From the IMG/VR virus record IMGVR_UViG_3300045988_165521: a stretch of 64,000 bases of DNA. The stretch is one strand, 5' to 3'. A program made the position numbers and the translations under genes. The notes below the pieces were generated by a model that worked only from the letters and a program-made list of their open reading frames with translations, was not told the DNA's origin and searched no databases. This DNA comes from a virus. Of the stretch, positions 11,901 through 24,106 are shown one piece after another. The first letter of the stretch is position 1, and each line of letters opens with the position of its first letter.

Positions 11901-14900
11901 TAATAAATCGATCTCACTTTCAAGCATACTTGGATTATCATAGTATTTATCTCAAGTTTGATCTAATATGCTATTTAAAATAGTATAGTTATCATATTTT
12001 GCAATATTATTTGGACGTAATGGAGCAGTTAAATTTGGAGTACGTGTAAAATAAGTATCCTCAATTCCTAAATTTCTTCTTGCATTTTCATAGAAAATAT
12101 AAGCTGAATTTTGTTTATAATCTCCTAATCCAACAATTAAGATATTATTTTTATTTGCCCATCTTGTAATTAATTCAAGATCAATTTTAGAAAACTGACT
12201 AATTTCATCAATAAATATGATTCTATTCTCAGTTTCTGCAAACATTGTAGCTGGATTTAATTTTAAATCCTTAAGAGTATATGTAGGTATTTCATCACTT
12301 CCAACAATTTTATTAATATCTGATTCAGAAATTTGTTTTCCCAGAATCTGTTCAATTAATTCTGCTTTCGTATATGATAAACCGTCATGCTCAATTGCTG
12401 CAGATAATCGATCTGTTTGTTTTCTTGTTGGAGCTACAGTTACAATTTTATATGCAGGCATCATTTTACGTAGCACATAAGCTACACCTTGTGTTTTACC
12501 TGTACCTGCTCCTCCAAATGTTGCAATAAAGTTTAATAACTGACTTTTATTCTGTATATAGCTATCATCTGATGTAGCTTTTGCTTTTGCAGATAAATAT
12601 TTAACAAATTCATTAAATAAATCTTTTCTTTCAGATGTTGCGTGTATTAATCTAATTGCATATTCTTGAGAAAAAATTGGAGCTTTATTAAATGATTCAT
12701 CAGTAATAACAGTTTTTAAGTTGTTATAGAAATTTGCAGAAGGATATGCAATTAAAGACAATAAATAAACTGCCTGATCATAATCAGTAATCGCTTCAGT
12801 ATCTCTAGCAAGCTTAGTAGGTCTTGCTGTAATTAAAGAAGTTGGTTCGAATAGTGAAGTGATGCGGTCAACTATTTCGCTATTAGATAATTTTTGATCA
12901 TCTATAAGTTGATAGATTTTGGTTTCTAATCTAATAGAAGCCTCTTCAAATTCTTTAAAATTACTCTCCTTAATTTCTCCTGATGGAAAATCTGATTCAG
13001 CAATTAATTGGTTAAGATCTAAGTTAAATAATGATGCAAACTTATCTTTGATTACAGAATTTTCATTATTAAGTAACAGATTTGTAAATCTCTGTCTCAT
13101 ATTAATAGCAATATCTTTCTGTTCTCTAATTTTTTGTGCATTATTATTTTCTGCAATATTTATTAATGTATCAAGTCTAACCTTAATTGCTTTAAGATCT
13201 GAAGACATATTAACGGCAGTTTCTGTATCAATTTCTGCAAGTAGATCTTTAGCTAATTTTTTCTTGAACTTATTAATTTGAGTGTTATATCCTCCATCTA
13301 TAGAAGCAATAACAAGAGAATTTAAAATATCAATAAATCTACTGGTTTCTTTAAGTCTAGTTAAAGCATCCTTATTATTAATAATATAATCCTCTAATGA
13401 ATCACTATTAAGGTAACTATTATACTCTTTTACAATCAAATTAACAATATTTTGACTAATTCCATTAGTAGATACTGCAAATTTTTCTAATAACTCATAT
13501 GCAGGGGATACCTTAATTTCAGATTTAAGATCTGAAACCTCATTAATAAAATCAATAAACGTTCTTCCAGATATTCTCGGAATAATTCCAGCTAATATTT
13601 CATCTGCACTTTGTCCTAAAAAGTCTGATAAATTTACTAATCCATCACTTTGTAAAAGATTTTGATATGCAGTTTTAATTTGATTTATATCTCCTTTTGA
13701 TACAATATCTTGAAAAACAGCTAAGTCATTTGCAATTCCAAGAGTCATTGACTCATAGCCTACACTATCACCTTCTGTTCTTTCTATATATGTATTAATA
13801 GCTTTTTCTCAATTAGCTGCAGCAATTCCTTCAGTAAATCCATTTACATAAAAATAACTCTTCATTAATGCAACAAGGTCTACATCTGTTACATCAGTAT
13901 ATAAAGAATTGGTCTTTAAATAGTTTAAGAAGTCAATATAGCTATTTGCATATGTATTTAAGGCAGCTTCATTATCAGCTATAAATGTATCTGGTCTAGC
14001 TAATACTTTTCTACCTTCTTCACTCAGCTCCTGAGTTAATCCAAATTCATGTCTTTTAACTAAGAAATCTTTGTAGTTTTCAGTTAATTGTAATTTAGTT
14101 TGAAGTTCAGATACTTCTTCATTAATTTCAACTCCTTCGGGAAGTTTAGAAATAGCTTCATCTATTTGTGCCTTTAGATTAGCAATTTCTTTATCAATGT
14201 TTTTAATACGATTAGTTTGAATAGTTTCACCTGGAGCATAAGCTTTACTTAAGTCTACAGTTTTTTGAGATACAGCTACTAAATCTTGTGCAATAGATTC
14301 ATTTAGACTATTAAATAAATCATACGCAGCAAACACCTTTGTTTTCTCAGTTGATTTAGAATATTTTTCATATTCTTCTTTAATCACAACTTTTTCATCA
14401 GATGTTAATTGATCGAAGTCTTTCTGATATCGAACTTTGGTAAAATTATGAATACCTAAGTCATCAACAAAAGCAGTTGCTAATGCAGGAGTAGCTGCAA
14501 ATCTTGCTTGCCCAAAATAATAGTCATTAAGTTCTCCAGAGACTATTTTATCACGTCTTGCTCTTAAATCATCAAGTTTTGCTTTTAGTCTTTGAAATTC
14601 TACATCATTTTGAGCTGCTGCTATTTTGTTATCCACATCTTTAGGAGTTTTAGGCTCAAGTTCAGTAGGAGTAATCTTAGATTCTAAAGCTACTTTAGTT
14701 TTTAAGATATCTTCTGTAAGATCATTCCAATCAGAGAATATTTTACTATAAACTCCAGTTTCAATTAACTGATTTTTAAGGCTTTCTCTCTGAATATTCT
14801 TAGCTAAATTTTCAGTTACATTAATACCAGTCATAGCTGATAATGCTTGTAACTCTTCATCAGAAATGTTTAGTCCCTCTTCATTGATAATACTATCAAT

Positions 14901-16874
14901 CCGATCGATGTAACTATTAATTTGGTTATAAATAACATCGTTCTGAGATTCTCCTTCTTTTGCAGATTCGTAATTAATTTTATATCCGTCAGGCTCTTTA
15001 ACAAGTTCAAACGATTTACCCGAAAGATTTCTACTTCCAAGAGCTCCTTTATCACGTAATCTTGTTAATTCTCTTTTTAAATCAGAGGTTTTGCCATTTC
15101 TTATTAAGTATATAATTTCTTGTAGAGAATCATTAGGTTTTTGAATTGCCTCATCATTTATAGAATTAATTCTTGAATCTCATTTTTCATGTAAACTAAA
15201 TACAGCACCACCAATAGCACCTCCCATAAATGCAGAAGTATAACGTGCAAACGCTTCTTCTGTACTTATACCAAAATCGAGTTGTTTATCCTTATCTACA
15301 ATACCCATTGTGTTTAACGCTGAGTAAAGTGCTTTTACCATGTCAGATGAAACTTCTTCTGCTACTTCTTCAACTCCTTCATTAACACTGTCATATAAAA
15401 TATTTCCAGGTTTCATTTTAGAGATTCGTTGCTGAATTTGGTTTTTAGTTTTCATAACCCAATTTGCAGCAGCTTTAGGAGAAACAATTCCTTTGTTGAT
15501 GTTTTCATTAGTTACTTTTTCAGCAACGTCTTTAATAACTCCTTTTACAGATGTACGGTCGAGATATGTATCTTTAAACCAAAAATCTTTAAAATAGTCA
15601 TTATTCATTAATGCAAACATTGCTCCCATTACAGATAACATTCCTAATCCTGCAACTCTATCAGATGCTCCAGCTTGCTTAAACGCATCATAGGCATCTG
15701 TAGAAGAGGTTCCTGCCATATAAGCTAAAGATAAAGCTCTACCTCATTTAATTGTATTTTCACTAACATTTTCTTTACCTACTATTCACTTCGGTATTTG
15801 CCCAATTACTCTTTGTTGAAATAATTGTCTTGAGCTATCTTCAACTAATTTTCCAATATTTTCTACGTTTCAGAAACTATTTCTTCCATAATCAGAAACA
15901 CTTCCATCAAATCTAGAAAACCAAGCTTGAATATCGGTAGCAGTTTGTGCTGATTTAGAGTTAGTTAAATCTCCCTTAGCAATACCTTCGATACTTCTAA
16001 ATAATACTGGGAATAATTTTCCTATTTCAACAGCAGCTGTCATACCACCATATACTTGTCCAACATATGGAATAAGCATTGGACCTACTTTAAATAAAAC
16101 CTTTGCTAAGGTACCTCCAACACTTTTATCTAATCCATCTGAATCAAAGAAATCATATTTATTCCATTTACTTCCATCAACAGTTAATGTATCAGAGATA
16201 TGTAAAATATCTTTCCCTGTAAGTGGTCTATTTCCTAATGTTTCATAAAATGGATCTCCCTCACTATTAAATTTTAAATCTCCTGCTTTATGTGAAACAG
16301 TTCTTCCATTTACTTCATGAGTTCCATCTTCATCTCATTGAGCTAATACAAGTGTAGGACGAGCTATAGCACCTAGTCCACCTCATTCATTAGGTGTTCA
16401 ATCCTCAAACTTACCAGTATCATAATTAAATATCTTATTTGTTTGTGCTACTTCACGTATCGACATAGTTGGATCAGAAGTTTCATATAGATTAACTATA
16501 CCTCGACTTCTTCTTTCAGGATTAGAGAATTTAACTAATCTTGAACTAACATCCAGTACATCGCCGCCGAGAGGTGCAAAATAATCTGCAGGATCATATG
16601 TAAATGAATCCATAGCAGTACTTGCTAAATTAGCTTCATCTGCACGATTATATAAGTCTAAAACGTCTTTATAATATGTATCGAATTTTTGATTATCAAA
16701 TTCTCCTCTATCGTTTTTAAACGCCTCTTGTATTTCTGGTATACCTTTATAATATTCTCTATCTTTAACATTAGAGTTATCAGGAGTTATTCCTAAATTA
16801 ACTAACTCTTGAACACTTTTGTCTGGCTGAAAAAATAATGCCGCCAGCCAATCATTTTTCTTCTGATCCATCAT
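8988..16874 (-). CDS. giant cargo/ejection-type protein, 2628 aa, with embedded SF1 helicase domain
   Basis: ATG at 16872-16874 is preceded by an in-frame TAA (16878-16880); stop TAA at 8988-8990. Nine track fragments share one frame, and all eight gaps were translated and are interrupted only by TGA. Hydrophobic Gly/Ala-rich segments occur in the N-terminal third (VGPMLIPYVGQVYGGMTAAV, RVAGLGMLSVMGAMFALM, FMGGAIGGAVFSL). SF1 helicase motifs lie at about 11560-12560: GGAGTGKT, IIFIDEISQ, VGLGDYKQ, VQGDEFEFAII, LTQRSTKG. Confidence 0.8.
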
Positions 16875-16877
16875 ACT

Positions 16878-18773
16878 TTAAAAATTAGCTTTTATGCTTT
16901 GTTGTTGTTTTTTCAGATTTGCCTGATTATATATATCTCTATATTCACTAGCACTTCCAATTTCATGATTAGATGCAACAGTTGCAAGTTTAGAATCATG
17001 CATAGGCATAAATATCATTCCTTTATACATTGAATTTTTATTGCCATGAAATATTTTTCCAAAGAAGCCTGGCTTAAAGTTATCAACCTTTTTGTCTGAT
17101 TTCTTTACTACATCTCCTCCATAATTTACATAAGTTGAATAGATATCAAATATTCTATCTTTATCTGGTCCATCAACATGTCATAACCAAGGAGAATTAC
17201 TATCAAAGTCAATAGCTTTATCACTAGCATAACCTGATAATCCAAAAAATACCATCATATCTTCAGGTCTGAATTTTCATCTATTAGTTTCAGTATCAAA
17301 CTCTAAGTCTAGATCATATTCATGTAATTTTTCTATCATTCTTTGTCTAGATACATTAGGATTATCTTCAATTCATTCCTCAAATTTTGTATATCGATCA
17401 TATGCATCTAAGTCAGGCTTATAAACTCCCATTTGTTCTGCATCTCGATCTTTTGGAAGTCACATTCTACTAAGTGAACTAGAGCCATCTCACACAAGTC
17501 TATTTAAATCAATATCTGATATTCTTTGATCTCCAAAGAAAATAGAATTTTTATCAACAATATTACCTATTTCAGCCTTATCCAATACATTTTTTAATGT
17601 ATTTTGAGTTACTTGTGTGCCATTCTTATCTTGTAATGGATAATCCCTAGTTACAATTTCTAACCCTCCTTTGGCATCAGATGTTGATAAAACTGCAATT
17701 TTAGGATCTACAACTCTACCTGCAGCAATAGTTTCTAGAGAGCTTCTATTAACATCTTTATCAGTTCCTCCAGAACTTCCACTGCCTGCTTTAGATGCAG
17801 TTGAATCATAATCTAAAGCTTGTGTATTTTCTACACTATGATTTGTATGTTCAACTACAGCAATTTGTAGTAATCGTTTTACATCTTCAGGATTACTTGG
17901 ATTAAAACCTTCAGCAGCTGCTTGAGCTCTTAAAACGTTTTTCATATTTTGTGGAAGAGTCTTATATAAATAATTAACAGCTAAATCAAGACTTTCTTTA
18001 TCATGATATCCCTGATTAGATGTACTATTTGATTCTGTAACTTTATATATTCCATCTGGTCCATTAAATCCTAATAATTGTTCAAATCCTTTTTCAATTT
18101 TATTCTGATATTTAGAAGTATATCTATCAAACTGATTTGAGGATTTATTAGTTCCAAACGCTCCAATAGTAGCTTTTACATAATCTACTATAGATTTCAT
18201 TCCAACTGTATTAGATAAATCTGTAAGGATACTATTATTATATGCTAGTTCTGGACGTTCTTCTCGAAGATGAATTAATTGAGAATTAGTTAATGCTTGA
18301 TATTTTTGTGGATTTTTATAATAAGTATCTGCAGATATAGTCTTAATACTGCCGTCTTTATTATACACATATAAGCTACCTTCATTACTAATTGCAACTT
18401 CAGACCCAGATCCTTCTTTAATAATTTGTTCTGATGCAGTTTCATGTAATTCATTATTATGTTTAATTCTATTAGCTAAAGATTGTAATCTAATTAAATC
18501 AGACATATCATATTGATTACTCTGTCCAGATACAAATAATTCACCTAAGTTTTGAGATTTTCTTAAAAAACTATTAGCTCTATCTAAGAAGTAATCTACA
18601 TCATTAGGTAACCCATTCTCTTTAAGAACATTAATAATTTCTTTTTGAATAAGTTGTTCTTCTTTATTTTCACTTGTTTTAGAGGTCTGAGTAGCAACTT
18701 GTGTAGGCTCTGCAGCATCTCTAAAAAAGGGGGTATAACTAATACCCCCGTTTTGATATCTCTTTATCTTCAT
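16878..18773 (-). CDS. cargo/internal virion protein, 631 aa (function unassigned)
   Basis: ATG at 18771-18773 lies just after the upstream TAA (18776-18778); stop TAA at 16878-16880. Five in-frame TGA were translated through in 16881-17492. N-terminus is MKIKRYQNGG. Confidence 0.75.
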
Positions 18774-18775
18774 AT

Positions 18776-21700
18776 TTATGACATCATTTTTAGAAATAAC
18801 TTAATAATGTTATTATTTAGTTCTCCAACAGCCTTATTGATAGCTTTTTGCTGGTCTAGATATTGTTGCTCATCTGTTTTACGTAAATATCTACCGCCAG
18901 ATTTATAACTATAAGGTATAAATCTTTGAATAGGAATTTGCTCAGGATTAGTATAATTAATTAAATATGGTTTTGTATCTAATTTGTTTCCTCCAAGCCA
19001 AAATCTTCTTTGAGATTGCTGATAAGGATTAACTAAAGCCTCAATTCCATATTTACTTCTATTAGTAGCAATATCTCCAGAATATTTGTAATTTAAATAA
19101 TCATCGATTTTCCAACCACTATATTCTGGATTTTTACCCTCATTCTGTTGCCAATTATAGAACTCATTAATTTTACTATTTCTAAAATTAGTAAACCAAT
19201 TACTGAAATCTCCAGCAGCCTTTTGTTGTGCTAATTGAGCTTGTAAAGCTTGTTTTTCATTTAGATCCTTGGCATAGTCTCCTCTTAACTGATAAATAAG
19301 ATTCTTAACATTTTGAGTTTGTTGCGTAATCTTATTAGCATCAGCCATATCTAACTGAGCTAAACCTTGTGCTCAACGGTTTCTATTCTCATTAGTTATC
19401 TGAGTTCTAATATTAGCGTATTGTTGTTTTTGAGCAAGTAACTTATCATTATATTGATCTATCATTTGAGAAAATTTAGCATCTCTTTCTCCTTCTAATT
19501 GATCAACATTCATATCTCTCATAAGTCTTTCTGCTAATACTTTATTTGGATCACTAGTCGATGTCTTATATTGACGCATACTTTTAATGCGATCATTATA
19601 CATTCTATGCAACCCATTATCACTAAATCTAGAGTAAAACTCAGTAGGCATTTGTTGTTGAGAACCTATCATTCCTTTACGAATGGCATCTTTCATTTTT
19701 TGGGTAGTACGATTGATACCTATTGTAGAAGTAATAAAGTCTCCTATTCCCATTACCATATCAGGATTAATATTAAATCCTTTTCCTTTGCCATGTCCAA
19801 AAGCTGTATAATCAGAGTTATCTGTATTATATGAGGATCTGTTTAAATTAGACAAAGTTCTACTAGTAGAATCATTAAGTAATTCTTCTTTTGAATCTAA
19901 CCTTCCTTTAAACCCAAGATTATTATTAATTTGAGCCATTTTAGCATCATTTAAAATTGAATTATACTGATTCCTCACTACAGTATTTTGAGGTGATTGA
20001 ACAGCTTTATTTAAGCTTGTAGAAGCACGTTTAATAGGAGTTCCAACAACAGCAACTGGATCTACTTGTACATTAATCGGATTATTATTTTTATCTAGCA
20101 TATAATCAGCTACACTAGTTCAATTTTGATCTATTGGAGTACTAAATGTAGGATACTTAGTACCAGGTTGTGCTTTTATAATTTTACCGCCTTTTTTATA
20201 AAATACTGGATTATTCTCTGGTTTATAATACCAGAGATGTTGTGGTTGATTACTAAATATTCCTAAGTTAGGAGCTAAGTTAGAATAGATTGGCATTGTA
20301 ATAGGTCTCCGTTTTAGAGCTGTAACAGATGTAAACATTTCAGGTCCTCCGAAAAATCTTTGAACTTGAGAAGTTTGTTTATCTACATAGTTCTTAAAAT
20401 AAGGATTACTTCTATTAGTTTTTGCATCTCTAGTAGCAGCAGTCTTATTCCAATTTCACCAACCCATATCATCTGGATTTCTATAAGTACTAGGAAGTTC
20501 ATCATATTTAAATTGTCCTGTATTAAGTCCTTTACCTATTGAAGACTTCCAAGGTTTTCTCCAATTGAAATTTACATTAGAAGAACGTTTAATACCATAC
20601 TCAGAAAGTAAGTCAGTAACATTATCTGTTTTAGCTTTACCTAATTTTCCAATAATTATTTCCTCTAACTTTTCAGTTTTTTGATTTTTTGGAAGTGAAT
20701 TGACCGACTCAATCTCAGAACGACCTAATTTAATGGTAGGAAGATTTTTGTTATTAGTTGGTTTTAAAGTAACCATATCAGAGTTTCCTCCTTTTAATTT
20801 TGCACTTCCTGTGTTACGTTTTAAATTAGCAAAACCTCTAACTCCATTTAATACAGTACGAACATCTTTAATAGTTCATTTACCATCTTGAATATTTTCT
20901 CATGCAGTTGCTAATCCAGATGCAGCACTTCCAAAACTAACTCCTCTAGTTGCTCACTTAACAGCATTTGCGACAGCCTTAGATTTCTTTAAAGCTTTAG
21001 CTATTTTTGCTGCCTTAGCTCCTGAGCCAATCCCAGGAAGTAAAGTAGCTGCATCTAATCCTAGATTAAGTGCTAAATTACTAACATCGCCTCAATCTAA
21101 TCCATCTCTAGCAATATCTGCTCCAAAACCAGTTAATGAACCTACTGCACCAACTCCAGCTCCAGCAACATTGCCAAATCCTGGTACAAAAGTAGCACCT
21201 AAAGAAGCAGCATCTGCAACTAAAGCTGCAATTTCAGCTTTGTCAGCAGCAGTTAATTGTGTACCATCTCCAATAGTTTTTTCTTCTCCAGCAGCGCGAA
21301 GTTTTTTATCTGATTGTTGAATTGCTTGTTTACTAGCTTTTGCACTATTAACTCTATTTGCAGCAACTCCTCCAATTTGATATTTAATAACTCCTCCGTT
21401 TTTATTACTTGGAACTCTATAAGCTAAACCTAATTGTTCTAAGCCTTCAGGAGTAGTAATACTTCTTAGAGCAGAATTACCTCCTGTTCCTGAATATTGC
21501 TGTTGATACTTACCAAGCGTTTGAGTTTTAATTAAATCCTGAAATAATTGATATAAATCAGGATATTTTTGTCCAATAATTGGATTAAACTTAGCATGAC
21601 GAGTACTAATTGTAGCTATATATGGATTTCTAATAATATCACTAATATATCCCTTAACTTCTGGATCTCTTAAGATTTCAGGATGTTGCTCAATATATTG

Positions 21701-23386
21701 TCCTAAACGAGAATCAATATTCCAATAATAATTTCTCATACTATCTTCAGATCCAGGTAAACGACTATTTAATGTATAGTTATCATTTCCTGGGTTTTCG
21801 TCATGAAAATAGTATAATTGAGTTTGAGGATTATAATACAATGTAGCTCTTGTTTGAGGATTTGAAGCATCTCCAGTACTTGCTACTTCTTTATATCCTC
21901 CAGTATTTCCTATAGTATAGTAACTATTAAAAGCAGTTGTAGGATTATTTTCATAGTAAGAATTAACTATATTTGGATCTAATTGCTCTTGTAAAGTATT
22001 ATTATAATTAATTCTTTGTTTAGTTAAAGGATCAATATATACTCTTTCTGCTAAAGTTCTTAAAGGGTGTCCATAGGGATCAAACTGAGAAGAATCTTCA
22101 GGATTGTAATTAGGAAAATAATCATAAACTAAAGGATCACCTGCTTGTCTAACATAGTTACCAGTTAGATCTGCAGCATATCGATTTGGTTGAAAATACG
22201 GGGACCACATTGGATTACCTTCTGAATCAACAGAAGTACTAAACCATGGAGATCTAGAACGATTTTCATCCCAATATTGTTTAATAATTGAAGAATTACC
22301 AGCAGTTCTCTTATTATCTGCTACAAAATCTAAATACTTTTGAATTTTAGATAAACTATCTTGGTCATCACCCCTATATACTTTTCCATTAATAACAAAT
22401 AAACCAGAGTCATCTGGAATATAATCCGCATAACTTCCATATTTTCTTTTAAATTCATTATTAAGTCATGCATCTCCAGTTCCAATATATGATAATAATT
22501 CTGGATTATTTATAGTTACATTCCCATTTGAATCAACGTTAAATAGGTTATGGTACTTATCATAATCTCATCCTGCTTTACTTCAGTTTTCTTTTGTTTT
22601 CTTAAGTTCTTCTTGTGCAGGATCTACTTCTTTTTGAGCTTGAACAGGTTTACTTCCTCCTAAAAAGATACCAATATCATCTAATGCCATAGCATCTTCA
22701 TCCGTCCAATTTCCTTGTTCAAGCCTAGATATAATATCTTCTATGCCTTGCTCACCATATTTATTGTAAAAGTCTATATAAGCTTGCTTATCTAAATCAT
22801 TATAGCCTTTAAATTGATCATTATCCCCATAACCTGCAATATCTTTTAGACTACGAAGTCTTCTAGTTGCTTTTAGATTATTAGCTCCATTTATATAAAC
22901 TCTATTTCCATTTACTAATTCAAAATCTCCAGTATCTTTATTACGCTTATATTCCATAGTAATATCACTAGACCAATCTCTAATATTAATTGGATCTAAT
23001 GCTTCTACTGGCTTTTTATATTGAAAATCCTTTAAAGCATGAACTGCATTTCTTGCAGTATTTTCTTTTCCCCTTCATAGATTTCCAAAACTTCTGCCAA
23101 GTCTACTTCGACGTTTACCTAAACGTTCTGCTTGATTATTAGTAACATCAAACTGTACTCCTTCTAATCTATCGGCACTAGAATTATATGATAAATTAGC
23201 ACCTGATCTTAGAGCATCAGTTATTTTACTAAATTGATATGCAGTATCTTGATCTAATGTTTTTCCATAAGAAGACATCTGATTTAGAAAATCATCATCA
23301 ACCTGATATTGATTACCATCTATAGTAAAAGTGCCGTATTTTTGAGGAGTAGAACCACCTTGTTGATATTTAATTACTTGTGCCAT
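18776..23386 (-). CDS. giant cargo/ejection-type protein, 1536 aa
   Basis: ATG at 23384-23386; stop TAA at 18776-18778. Seven track fragments share one frame, and all gaps were translated and are broken only by TGA. N-terminus is MAQVIKYQQGG, with an internal VIKYQIGG at 21368-21391. A Gly/Ala-rich hydrophobic stretch (..LGATFVPGFGNVAGAGVGAVGSLTGFGADI..) is typical of ejection or tape-measure-like proteins. Confidence 0.75.
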
Positions 23387-23410
23387 TTTATCACACTTGC
23401 TTTATATATA

Positions 23411-23444
23411 AAAAGGGAGATTGATCATATCAAATCTCCCTTTT
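23411..23444 (-). terminator. hairpin terminator after the 109-aa gene
   Basis: GGGAGATTGAT-CAT-ATCAAATCTCCC (23415-23440, one bulge), flanked by A4 and T4. On the minus-strand RNA the stem is followed by TTTTTATATATA. Confidence 0.7.
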
Positions 23445-23461
23445 ATCTAATGATCATTAAA

Positions 23462-23791
23462 TTACTTTTTAGCAAAGAATTTATTTTTCATTTCCCCGCC
23501 ATTTTCTTTCTTAGCACATTTCTTGCGGCCTACCATCTTTCCACCTTTCTTAAATACAGGTTCTCCTTCAGGAACTTGTCCAACAGGACCTTGTGGTCCT
23601 TCGCTCATAGCTTGTTGTAAAAGAGCTAAGAAACCTTCACAGACTTGAGCCATTGCTTGACAGTCTTGCGTCTGTAATGCTTGAGCTGCCATTTCTGCTA
23701 ACATTTGTAGTGGATCTTGTCCACCTTGTGGACCAGCAGGTGCCGCAGGAACAGGAGCGGACCCGCCTTCTTGATACTTTTTAACTTTCAT
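23462..23791 (-). CDS. small abundant-looking internal protein, 109 aa, basic C-terminal tail
   Basis: ATG to TAA ORF with no TGA, visibly GC-richer than its surroundings. It has its own promoter-like element upstream and a terminator downstream. N-terminus is MKVKKYQEGG; the C-terminus reads ..PVFKKGGKMVGRKKCAKKENGGEMKNKFFAKK. Confidence 0.75.
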   Translation of the reverse strand: MKVKKYQEGGSAPVPAAPAGPQGGQDPLQMLAEMAAQALQTQDCQAMAQVCEGFLALLQQAMSEGPQGPVGQVPEGEPVFKKGGKMVGRKKCAKKENGGEMKNKFFAKK

Positions 23792-23859
23792 AATTTAAAT
23801 TATTTTAATTTTTATAGATATCTCATAACTCTATGATTGTCATATATTCATTTAATGCC

Positions 23860-23891
23860 CAAAGATAACACTTTAGTTCTTAATATCCAAA
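23860..23891 (-). promoter_or_regulatory. Bacteroidota-type promoter (-33 TTTG / -7 TAnnTTTG)
   Basis: The minus strand reads TTTG (23888-23891), a 20-nt spacer, then TATCTTTG (23860-23867), about 70 nt upstream of the ATG at 23791. Confidence 0.6.
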
Positions 23892-24071
23892 TAAAATTAC
23901 TAAAATTTTCATTTACACTAAATTTTTATGAAAACACTTGCTACATTAGCAATATTATATTATCTTTGTTCCACAACCCAAGAGTATAAAATGAGTCTAT
24001 TTCATTCTCTTTGGAGATGCTAGATTAAACATGAGGCAATATAGGGTTATAAAAGATAGTTAGTATCTTTT

Positions 24072-24097
24072 AAGGAGAGTAAGAAATTACTCTCCTT
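24072..24097 (-). terminator. stem-loop immediately after the DUF192-like gene
   Basis: AAGGAGAGTA-AGAAAT-TACTCTCCTT, a perfect 10-bp stem starting 10 nt after the TAG stop at 24107-24109. There is no U-run on the minus-strand side, so its role as a terminator is uncertain. Confidence 0.45.
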
Positions 24098-24106
24098 TTT
24101 CTTTAT

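Noticed and set aside
23937-23968. Plus-strand promoter-like element (CTTG-N20-TATCTTTG).
   Set aside because: The -33 box is imperfect and there is no plus-strand gene downstream. An antisense or divergent transcript cannot be excluded but is unsupported.
23792-24106. The 315-nt non-coding gap as a third intron, tRNA or other structured RNA.
   Set aside because: It has no P/Q/R/S-like elements and no cloverleaf-like sequence. It lies between two complete genes rather than inside one, and it contains a hairpin plus a promoter match. It is treated as an ordinary regulatory intergenic region.
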